Assembly (NCBI GenBank): GCA_951406725.2
Contig: OX597816.1
Span: forward strand, 131,626,001-131,690,000
Origin: Octopus vulgaris
Taxonomy: Eukaryota
Direction: 5' to 3'
DNA: 64,000 bases
This document shows, in pieces, positions 53,667-64,000 of this stretch. Position numbers and translations under genes: made by a program. The notes beneath the pieces are model-generated. The model made no database searches, was not told where the DNA came from, and saw only the letters and a list, made by a program, of their open reading frames with translations. The number at the start of each line of letters is the position of its first letter. Position 1 is the stretch's first letter.

Positions 53667-54381
53667 CTCTTTTGCAACCATATTTATGTTAAAATCTATT
53701 GCCTTTGTTTATTTTGATTTTGAAAATATTGAAGAATTTAGAAGAATAACTGTCATTATCAAACTAGTGTTTAAGGCAGGAAAACAATTGTTAGAAGGCC
53801 TAGAAAAATAGTGGTGTTTCATCCATTCTTATATTCTGAGTTCAAATTCTGTCAAGGTTAACTTTACCTTTTATCCTTTTGTCGTTGATAATATAGGTAC
53901 TAGTTGATCACTGTGGTCAATGTAATCGACTAGCCCCCCTCCCCCAAACTTGCTGGCCTTGTGCCAAAGCTTGAAACCATTATTAGGCTGGTATTTAAGA
54001 TGTCAAGCTGGCAGATTTGTTATAGCACCAGACAAAATACTTAGAGGAATTTCGTCCCATCTTTATGTTCTGAGTTCAAATTTCTCTGAGGCTAACTTTG
54101 TCTTTCATCCTTTCAGAGTCGATGAAATAAAATATCAGCTGAGTACTGGAGTTGATGTAATCAACTAGCCACCTTCCTCATAATTTCAGACCCTGTGCCT
54201 ATAATAGAAAGGATTATTAAATTGGTGTTTGAAACATAAATCAACATGAAATTTTGATGGTCAGTTTAAAATTAGGTCACTTTGATACAATAACTTTGAT
54301 GAAATTAGGTCACTTTGATACATACGTGAATTTGTATCATAGAATAAAGGATGATTTCCGGTAGGGTTCATATCAAAAGGA
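53667..54381 (+). mobile_element. piggyBac-type MITE containing two tandem SINE B insertions
   Basis: TTAA flanks; target duplicated at 53755, 53979 and 54213. Confidence 0.75.
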
Positions 54382-54708
54382 TTAATACACGATTAGAACT
54401 ATAATTAACATTTACTGTTCAAGAAAATATTGTATATTATTGATTACTGTCATAGACACAAGGTTTGAAAATAACTGGCAGTGTATTTTATGGATCCTAG
54501 AGACATTAGTAGGATTTGAGCTCAGAACATAAAATGCTAGAACAAATGCTGCAAGGTCTTTTTTTTCCTTGACATCTAGATTCAGTCAACAATATACATT
54601 ATTAATCACCATTTTTACAGGAAAAACAAACTTCTAAAACCATTTATTCGTTGTTGATATACGAGTGTGTGTGATTGTGTGTGCATGTGTTCCTTTGTCA
54701 TCTTTGCC

Positions 54709-54751
<43 letters not shown>

Positions 54752-54755
<4 letters not shown>

Positions 54756-55074
54756 AGGCGCATGGCTCAGTGGTTAGAGCGTCGAGCTTACGATCGTGAG
54801 GTTGTGAGCTCGAATCCCGAGTGTTGTGTTCTCGAGCAAGGCACTTTATTTCACGTTGCTCCAGTTCACTCAGCTGTAGAAATGAGTTGCGACGTCACAG
54901 GTGCCAAACTGTATCGACCTTTATCTTTCCCTTGGATAACACTGGTAGCGTGGAGAGGGGAGGCTGGTATGCATGGGCGACTGCTGGCCTTCCATAAACA
55001 ACCTTGCCCGGACTTGTGTCTAGGAGGGTAACTTTCTAGGTGCAATCCCATGGTCATTCATGACCGAAGGGGGT

Positions 55075-55079
<5 letters not shown>
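54752..55079 (+). mobile_element. young full-length SINE D in a (TA)n tract
   Basis: tRNA-like head TGGCTCAGTGGTTAGAGCG...GAGCTCGAATCCC, core TGTGTTCTCGAGCAAGGCACTTTA; CpGs retained. Confidence 0.9.
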
Positions 55080-55123
<44 letters not shown>

Positions 55124-55647
55124 GAATTAGAGATATATTTGTGGATTAACAAGGCAACCAGTGGTTTCATGTAGAAGAGATCTTGACAATTACTCCAAGC
55201 AAATCACTTTGGGAATGTTGGTACTCAGCTACAGTGTACATTTGGTTACTTCATGTATTCTCATCCAAAATGGATACAAGCATTGACATTCTCAGAGATT
55301 TGCTTCAATAATTGTGGGGATATCTTCCACATGAAAGCATGCATTGCTTTGTTAATCCACAAATAAAGAATATTTATCTGCCTATGTGGTTTTGAGTGTT
55401 GAGTACTCATTCTCACTCTTTGATACAAGCATCTGCACACACACACACACACACACACACAAACACTCTTTCATATAAAATTGTATTTAGTGTTTGAGTT
55501 CATTCAGATGTATGAAGACTTTCCTCCTGTGAAAACAAGTGTTGGGCTGAGAACGAATCTTTGGGTCATAAGATGCATGCATTTCTGTGTTCTTTTACGA
55601 CACCATTGAGACTGTTGAAAGGGAGGGAGAGGGAAAAGTATCTTTAA

Positions 55648-55873
55648 CCTTTTTTGATACTAACCTGTCTGTAACTTCCTCTAGTTCTATTATACAAACT
55701 TCCTGTTTTAAGGTGATCTAAATATAAAACCACCAAATTTTCATGTTAATTTATATTCCACATACCTTAATAGCTTAATAATGACAAAGCCTATTTTACT
55801 AAATTCATCATCATTTTCAAAATTAATTGAAAGTATGGCAGTGAATTTCAGCAGAAGTATGGTAATGGAAGGG
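55648..55873 (-). mobile_element. piggyBac-type MITE
   Basis: TTAA flanks at 55644-55647 and 55874-55877; body is the reverse complement of the family. Confidence 0.8.
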
Positions 55874-55954
55874 TTAAATCAGAGAAACGGCTTGAATGCT
55901 TGAAACAGAGTGGACTCCACTAAAGATGATCAAGGTGCCAAGTGGAGATGTAAA

Positions 55955-56578
55955 CCCTTTTGATACCAAACTGCATAAGCCCTCACTCCTGGTTTCAAGG
56001 TAGAAATTTCTATTTTTAAGTGATCTCAATTAAGACCTTCCTTCAAAATTTCTTGTTAATTTATGTTACAAGGTGTAGGAGTGGCTGTGTGATAAGTAGC
56101 TTGCTTACGAACCACATGGTTCTAGGTTCAGTCCCACTGCGTGGCACCTTGTGCAAGTGTCTTCTACTATAGCTTCAGGCTGACCAAAGCCTTGTGAGTG
56201 GATTTGGTAGACGGAAACTGAAAGAAGCCCATTGTATATATGTATACATATATATATGTGTGTGTGTGTGTCTGTGTTTGTCCCCCAACATCGCTTGACA
56301 ACCGATGCTGGTGTGTTTGCATACCCCGTAACTAAGTGGTTCAGCAAAAGAAACTGATAGAATAAGTACTAGGCTTACAAAGAATAAGTCCTGGGGGCGA
56401 ATTGCTCGACTAAAGGCAGTGCTCCAGCATGGCCACAGTCAAATGACTGAAACAAGTAAAAGAGTAAAGAGTAACTATCAGTTTTATTATGATGAAATTA
56501 TTTTTCTAAATTTCCATATTTTTGAAATTATGTGAAACAAAAGCAGGGTCTTTCATTGGTAACATAGTAACAGAAGGG
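55955..56578 (-). mobile_element. piggyBac-type MITE interrupted by SINE A
   Basis: CCCTTTTGATACC ... GTAACAGAAGGG|TTAA. Confidence 0.75.
56071..56474 (+). mobile_element. full-length SINE A (reference copy in the window)
   Basis: tRNA-like head, CCTTGTGCAAGTGTCTT core, internal TA/GT tract, AAGAGTAA tail repeats. Confidence 0.93.
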
Positions 56579-57289
56579 TTAAACACAAGTGTAAAGAAAA
56601 ATAAAATGAGGTAAGAAGTGAATAATGAAATATAATGTCCCAAATGCATAATGATAAACTAAGTAAATTATATTAACGTGAGTTGCAGCAGAAATAAAAC
56701 ACTATAGCCTTAGTTGATTATATTTTAATTTGATCTAATGAGGAAATAATGACAGTAATAGTCTCAGGGTTAATAAATATGTTGGCTTTCATTAACAATG
56801 AAAAAGAAATTTATTAATATCAAATTTACTTGATATATACATGTAAAATAAATCAAAGTTATTTTTTAAATTAGAATCCTACAAACACATGCATACACAC
56901 ACATGCACACACACACACTCACACACACACACCAATCACACACATACACCAATCACACACACACACGAATCACAAATGTATGCACATGCATGTAAGCAGA
57001 AACACAATGCAATGCAATAACAGGTTAGCATTATTTTAAATTGAAGGAGAAAGGACAAATTATGAACAATGCCTCTTATATAATCTACTTTGATTTTGCT
57101 ATTCATCAATGCTACATTGAATTCTTGCAGCACTATATTAAAATTTCTTTTTGTGTGACATGGAATATCTGCATTGGTAATATACTGTTGAATCACTTCT
57201 TGATTGCTCAATTTTCAAAATTTCAAAAAATTTCCTGATTGTAGGAAGGAATTTTATCTCTTTGACTTTTCATTTCATTGGTAATGAAA

Positions 57290-57410
57290 TATGAGATAAA
57301 TATCTGGTTGGTTGAGTTACATCCATGGTGGAAGCCAAACTGTTCTTCAGCAAGCTTGGGCTTGACAATTTACCTACATCTCTTTTCAAGGCACCTAACA
57401 TAGACTCAAC
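57290..57410 (-). pseudogene. short RTE-type reverse transcriptase fragment
   Basis: VYVRCLEKRCR*IVKPKLAEEQFGFHHGCNSTNQIF (compare EEQxGFRxGRSTxDQIF). Confidence 0.75.
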
Positions 57411-57686
57411 ATGGACACTTCTTTATTGTTAGAGCACTCTCTCTTCTCTGCCTTTTTAAAAATTGGTATTGTGTCTGTTTGGCAGAATCATTAGCATGCC
57501 AGGTAAAATGCTTAGCAGCATTTTGTCTGTATTTACATGGAGTTCAAATTCTACCAAGATTGACTTTGCCTTTCATCCTCTCTGGGTCAATAAAACTCAA
57601 GTACCAGTTGAGCACTGGAATCGATGTAATCAACTTACCCCCTCCCCCAAAATTGCTGGCCTCGTGCGGAAATTTGAAACCATTGC

Positions 57687-57740
<54 letters not shown>

Positions 57741-57827
57741 AGGCAGCAAGCTGGTAGAATTGTTAGCCCCCAAAATCAATTAGCCCCTTGCCCCAAAATT
57801 TCAGGCCTTGCACCTGTAGTAGAAAGG

Positions 57828-57860
<33 letters not shown>

Positions 57861-58089
57861 TTTAAAGTAGTGAGTTGACAGAATCAGTAGCATGCCAGGG
57901 AAAATGCTTAGTGGCATTTCGTCCACCTTGACATTCTGAGTTCAAATTCCTCTGAAGTTGACTTTGCCTTTCATCCTTTTGTGGTTGAAGAAATAAGTAC
58001 CAGTTGAACACTAGGGTTGATGTAAATGACTGGCCTTCTCCCCCAACATTTCAGAATTTGTATCTATAGTAGAAAGGATTATTATTATT

Positions 58090-58408
58090 GTATCATTTTA
58101 TTTCTCAGAGCACTCGATTTTACTTACTCCAATTGAATCAGTGAGAGCAGACAGCAACCCGTTGTCAAATGTCCCACAGGATCTCTTTCTTCAATACTTA
58201 ACACCCAAGTACCAATCTCAAAATCCTAGCTGTCCCCAATAGAGCAGTTTTTTGAGCATAATCTACCCTCACATCAATTCCAATTCTCCAATATATTTCT
58301 CAAATTTAGTTGTTAGTGCTCTCAGTGCCCCTGCTGGGATGATAGTTACTCTTTTCATTGCCCACATTCTTGCAATTTCGTTTTTTAACAGTTTGTACTT
58401 TTCCATCC
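58090..58408 (-). pseudogene. third R4/Dong-like LINE 3' fragment
   Basis: MEKYKLLKNEIARMWAMKRVTIIPAGALRALTTKFEKYIGE (compare EKYxxLKxEIxRxW..VIPVVVGALG); ends in TAA repeats. Confidence 0.78.
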
Positions 58409-58522
58409 TTTGCAGCTCTACAGGGATAGTAGTGCTGTCAACTGTCCCTCCTTGCGATACACACAGGTTGATGAAATCATCCTACATACATTTGTATAGT
58501 ATTTGAGCATTGCTGACTTGTG

Positions 58523-58793
58523 TAGAAGTGCATGGCTTAGTGGTTAGGGTGTTAGACTCATAATCGTAAGATCCTATGGTTTCGATTCCTGGACTGGGCG
58601 TGTTGTGTTCTTGAGCAAAAAACTTCATTTCACATTACTCCAATCTACTCACCTGGCAAAAATGAGTAAACCTGCAACAGACTGGTGTCCCGCCCAGGTG
58701 GGGAATATATACATGATGAAACTGGGAAACCAGCCCTTATGAGTTAGTATGACTTCAGAAGGTAACTTCACCTTTTCTTTTTTTTTTACCTTT
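58523..58793 (+). mobile_element. SINE D-like copy with perfect 14-bp TSD
   Basis: ATTGCTGACTTGTG at 58509-58522 and 58794-58807. Confidence 0.88.
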
Positions 58794-58924
58794 ATTGCTG
58801 ACTTGTGAAGTTATGTTGAACAGCTACTATCACATTTAGGATGGATCCAGTTATCAACCAACTCCATCATGATCACTCTTCCATCTCCCCTTCATTGGGG
58901 AAGGGTAGGCAGTTTACCTCTTTC

Positions 58925-59353
58925 CAATGGCCATGGTGAAAGAGGTTATGTCATGGACTAAACAGAAATGACTGATGACAGACGCTTTCCAAGCCCTCAT
59001 CAACTTTTTAAATGAAAGTGAGGGTTTGAGATGGATGTGTTACTGCCTTGTAAAGTTGGTGAAGAGTGAGGATCTGGTGGGGATGGGCTGACTAGAGTCT
59101 GTTGGCTGAGGAGTACAGGGGAGAGAGGAGCATTTGCCATTGTACTCTTAGTGAGTAGGATGGCTCAGAATCTGTAGAGTTCCTTGGTTGCCCCTGACTG
59201 GCATTTTCCTCGTACAGGAGAATTTTATTGTTAGAATTTCCTTGCTAATTGTTACTGTTTTCTTGGTTACATGTCTTTATGTAAATCCCTACTGTCTTTT
59301 CTTTTTGTATTGTTCTAAATAATTTTTGCATCCCTTGTGGCCAATAAAGAAAT
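58925..59353 (+). pseudogene. decayed L1/Tx1-like LINE 3' end
   Basis: MVKEVMSWTKQK*..QALINF..KVRV resembles an L1/Tx1 ORF2 C-terminus; ends CCCTTGTGGCCAATAAAGAAAT. Confidence 0.5.
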
Positions 59354-60190
59354 CACCATCATCATCATCATCATCATCATTGTTATCATTATTAATGTTG
59401 TAATAAAGAGGTGGTAGAATCATTAGCATGCCGGGCAAAATGGTTAACAGTATTTGGTCTGTCTTCACATTCTGAGTTCAAATTCCATTGAGGTCAACTT
59501 TGCCTTTCATCCTTTCGGGATCAATAAAATAAGTACCAGTTCCCTCCCCTAAAATTTGCAGGCCTTGTGCCTATAGTAGAAAAAAAAAAAGAATTATTAC
59601 TGTTGTTGTTGTTGTTAGAATCATTACAGATCAGACAAAATGCTTTGGGGCATTTTTTCTGGCTTAAATTCTTTCAAGATTGACTTTGCCTTCCATCATT
59701 TCAGAGTTGATAAAATAAAGTATCAGTCGAGTAATGGGATCAATGTAATCAACTCCCTACTCACTCAAAAACTACTTGCTCTGTGCCAAAAATTTGAAAC
59801 TATTATTATTATTATTACTAGCTGGCCCAGTGCCCTCAAAAGTGATGGTTAATTGTAGTATTTTATATATAAATATGGATGGTAAATCAAATTAATACAC
59901 TTGTCAACATTATCCAGTGGTTGTCTTTTGAGATGTGACATCGGTCATTGTTTGTTACTGACATTCACATACAAACATTCACATACTTCCCTTGTACATG
60001 CATGCACACATACACACATATACTCACACAGAGTTGAAACACTGTTTGATTTTTCTTTTCAGCATTGCATGTTTACCATCCCACTTCCATTGCGTGCACA
60101 CACACACACACACACACATGTTTCATTTGCGAATAGGAATTACAAAGTTTTACATGTTAGACATATAAAATGTTACCCTGACTACCTTTA

Positions 60191-60234
<44 letters not shown>

Positions 60235-61820
60235 GCACACACTCACACACACATAGGTATACAACACTAAATTCTCTAAATTCCTTCACAAAGTATTGGT
60301 CAACTTAAAGGCTATAGTAGAAGACACTTGCCCAAATTGCTTCTCAGTTAGACTGACCTGAAACCACATAATTGCAAAGTGAACTTCATAACCACACAGC
60401 CACACCAATTTATATAAAAACATATCTTCATGGTATTTAGCTGTATTATGAAATTAAATGTATTAGACTTGGTTTCCTAAAACCTTTGATGTCCCATTTT
60501 ATGGATGCAATTATATAACCATTCCAGTATCCAAAACATTTGGTCCTTGTAGGGTCCAAACTTAGGTCATACTCAATCATTTTACTATTACTTGACTCAC
60601 TATTAATTAAGCTTTCAAACTTGTCACAAGAAGCTCTTATTTGTTGGAAGACTAGAGTTCACCTTCGAAACTGAAGTATAAAAGTCATCCCTAAACTTCA
60701 TGTCATGTATATATCATATTTTCATTGAAGTTAAAAGACCTTGGAATTTTGTGATGAGCAAATTTTAAAAACTCTTTCTACTATAGGCACAAGGCCTGAA
60801 ATTTTGGAGTGGGGTTTAGTCGATTATATTGACTGAAGTACAAAACTTGTACTTATTTCATCGACCCTAGAAGGATGAAATGCAAAGTCAACCTCAGTGG
60901 AATTTGAACTCAGAACGTAAGGACAGATGAAATGCTGCTAAGCATTCTGTCTGGAGCACGAACGATTCTGTCATTTTATGTATAAGACCTGACTTAGCCA
61001 CATGATACTATCATCATTGAGATAAGATAATACGGCATGATTATTTGTTGGCACTGATACAAATTAAGTTAAGAAGTGGTCTGAATGACAGTGAGGATGA
61101 CACAGTTACACTCAGAATGGAATAATCATGGATAATGTAAGAGAGATGGAGTTTGATGTGAGGAAAGATTAAAAGCAATGAAAAATATGGGAAGTTGATT
61201 ACATAAACCAATTCAGCTGTCCAGTGCATGAAAATAAAAAGATAAACAGCAAAATAATAATTTTAAATTGATGTCGATTAATTCAAATGGATATTACATG
61301 AGCTTTTTTTTTCTTTTCTATCACTGCTCATTCAGTAAGCTTTCATTATCCCCCTGTTGTTACTTCTGTTATGCAGCAGTTTTTCATACTACTCATAAAA
61401 AGATAAGATATCTGAATCAACTATTTAGATTTAGTCATTGCTCCTGTTGTGTGTAATATATATCAGTGCTTGAATTGAGATTCCTTTATCATACTAGCAC
61501 CTACATATTATATGACAGGGATAATGCAACATGATGAAGGGGTTTATAGTTGTCTTTCCTGTATATGCACAGGCATGAGTGAATGGTTAAGAAATTCACT
61601 ATGAAACAACATAGCTTCTGGTTCAATCCTATTCCATGATGCATAGGACTAATTATATCTTTTCAGCAGAAATTGGTCAACAGAAACTATGCAGACGACC
61701 ATACATGCATACGTACATACATAATACATACATACATATATAAATATATATATATATATATAATAATATTAGGGAGTAAATCCAAACTTACAGGGAAATT
61801 TAATATAATATAATATATAT

Positions 61821-62036
61821 GCCAGCTCTGTCTGGCACCTGTGTGGGTGGCACGTAAAAAGCACCCACTACACTCACGGAGTGGTTGGCGTTAGGAAGGG
61901 CATCCAGCCGTAGAAACACTGCCAGATTTGACTGGGCCTGATGAAGCCTTCTGGCTTCACAGACCCCAGTAGAACCGTCCAACCCATGCTAGCATGGAAA
62001 ACGGACGCTAAACGATGATGATGATGATGATGATGA

Positions 62037-62040
<4 letters not shown>
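61821..62040 (+). mobile_element. young 5'-truncated SINE C
   Basis: Nearly identical to 27223-27435. Confidence 0.9.
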
Positions 62041-62090
<50 letters not shown>

Positions 62091-62118
62091 TATATATTAT
62101 ATTATGTGTATATATATA

Positions 62119-62481
62119 TTGGGCTGGCCAGAATGAAGTGCGTCTTTGAGGTCAAAATTTCCATATTTGAACTTGGCATACCAATCACAAGCAGTTCGTT
62201 CAGTTATGGCACCCGTTCCATACACAGTACAAATGTTGCAAGCAACCTTGATTAAAAGCAAAAAGAAGGAGGTGTCGAAAATACTCGTTTTTCTTAACTT
62301 GACATTCCATTTTAATGATCTGAAAGTAAACAAAAATTAACTAACATTAACTAGGAAAAAAAAATATAGATTCCAAAATGATTCAAAAACAGAATTCTGA
62401 AAAAAAAAAAATAGATTCCAAAATTTAAAAACAATAAATTCCAAAATTTAAAAAACAGCAGGAACTTTATTGCCAACCCAA
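62119..62481 (-). mobile_element. internally deleted mariner with both ends, in TA context
   Basis: TA|TTGGGCTGGCCA ... TTGCCAACCCAA|TA; encodes ICTVYGTGAITERTACDWYAKFKYGNFDLKDALHSGQP (mariner HTH). Confidence 0.88.
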
Positions 62482-62502
62482 TATATATATATATTATATA
62501 AC

Positions 62503-62583
62503 TAACAGAGATACTTGGCTTTGCTCATGTCACATGGAATTTCAATTCCATGTGACATGGGCAAAAGTCGGGTATCTCTGTTA
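62503..62583. repeat. 81-bp fold-back palindrome
   Basis: TAACAGAGATAC...CATGTCACATGGAATT-TC-AATTCCATGTGACATG...GTATCTCTGTTA. Confidence 0.92.
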
Positions 62584-63885
62584 AACTTTTCTTTTATATT
62601 TCTCTAATGAACTGGAATACCTATGATTCGAATTTCATCAAAATTGCAGATTAAGAATTTTAATGAGGGTTCTTTCCCCTCTTTACACACCCTAACAAAA
62701 ATTCTAATCATGACATATATATCCCATACTAGTCATCTTTATGCCAAGATTCCAAAATCCAAATTTTATGAAGCCTGTTCAAACTTTTTCGCTCCTGAAA
62801 AATGGAGCACATGGAGCTCTAAAATGTGGGAATTAAGGCTCCTATTAAAGTCAACCAGAGAAGTTGAATTGTTGGGAATCTTTTTTAACTTGGGTCTTAT
62901 ATCTATATGAATGTTCACTGAGTTTGTAAAAGAGAGCAAAGCTACAGGAAACCAAAAGATGAATGATCACAATAAGCAGTCAGCTACCCTTCCCTAGTCA
63001 TTACCATTCCTCAATGTTGGATTCCTCACCATACAGGTGATGGGCACAGCCATAAGATGCATTACGGATCTATAGCAATTGGAAGGGCATGACCCAACTC
63101 AAATAAACATTAACATCTGTGTGACATGAGGGATAAGGGGAAATGAAAGTGTCACTTCTGGAGTTTGCCAATAATCACTATGCTGATAGGTAATGGACAG
63201 AACAAATTTGCTATCTATAAATCTCTTTGAATGACCAATCACTTATCTGAGAAGGCCTTGAAATCAATGTTACTATCTAGGAACTATCTCTGACCCAGTA
63301 ATAATAAAAAGACTCAAAGGTAGTCTGCAACCAAATAACTTTACTCAAAATAACACTTTGCAACTGAATCAGTGGATGCAAAGATGCCTCTCCTTTGCTT
63401 GACAATTTATGCACCACATGGCAGAAATCACAAACTAAGTATATCTCAAAGCAAACTCTTACACTGTTGTACCATTGAATTACAAATAATGCTCATCTTG
63501 TATGCTTGGGTGACTCTATAGCTTCCAAGATTACAATTGTATTCATCTTGGCTTAGGAAAAATGACTAAATTGTTGGGGCTAGGGACCAATTAAGGGGTC
63601 TTACTAACTCCTAAGAAGTTGAAATTTGAAATTTAAGGAATATTACTTCATTTTTGTCTAATATCTATGGTTAAAATTTTATCAACAGCAAAAATATAAG
63701 AATTTTTATGGGGGTTATGGCCTCATTTATACCCCCTCACTGTCAAACATATAAAGACATTGACTTTTATATAGTAGATATATATATGAATGCATGTATA
63801 TATGTGTTTATATATGTGTACATATTACATACACATTTATATATATACATATGTGCAGATGTATACATATATATATATATATATA

Positions 63886-64000
63886 CTAGCAGTATCAACC
63901 GGCGTTGCTCGGGTTTGTAAGGGAAATAACTATATAAGCATTTTTAGAGATGTAAAGTATAATAGCCATCTCAATATGGCTAACAACAAAGTGGTGGGTG
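63886..64000 (-). mobile_element. 3' end of a second copy of the 45057 Helitron family (runs off the window)
   Basis: A|CTAGCAGTATC..CCGGCGTTGCTCGGGTTTGTAAGGGAAAT is shared with 45057. Confidence 0.88.

Noticed and set aside
54752-54825. Possible tRNA gene
   Set aside because: A and B boxes are present, but there is no acceptor stem and it continues into a SINE body.

Overview
AT-rich, extremely repeat-dense eukaryotic DNA. The SINE families and microsatellite load are of the type seen in Octopus/coleoid cephalopod genomes; this assignment is from pattern recognition, not a database hit. No intact host protein-coding gene is visible, so the window is probably intronic or intergenic, and nearly all listed ORFs are translations of microsatellites or SINEs. 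Contents: four recurrent SINE types (called A-D here), piggyBac-type TTAA MITEs, non-autonomous Helitrons (A|TC...hairpin-CTAG|T), a HINE/Helentron-like element, and decayed remnants of mariner, hAT, Gypsy gag, RTE, Tx1/L1, R4/Dong and Penelope elements. A CpG-retaining unique stretch (about 14.8-17.0 kb) has a candidate promoter and first exon. The strongest find is a retrozyme-like element at 51567-52051. It has an essentially intact type I hammerhead ribozyme (51791-51833), a 351-nt unit with an 18-nt terminal redundancy and an inverted partial copy. Several more decayed hammerhead motifs occur in Penelope-like remnants. Coordinates of degenerate repeats are approximate, and not every SINE copy is listed individually.
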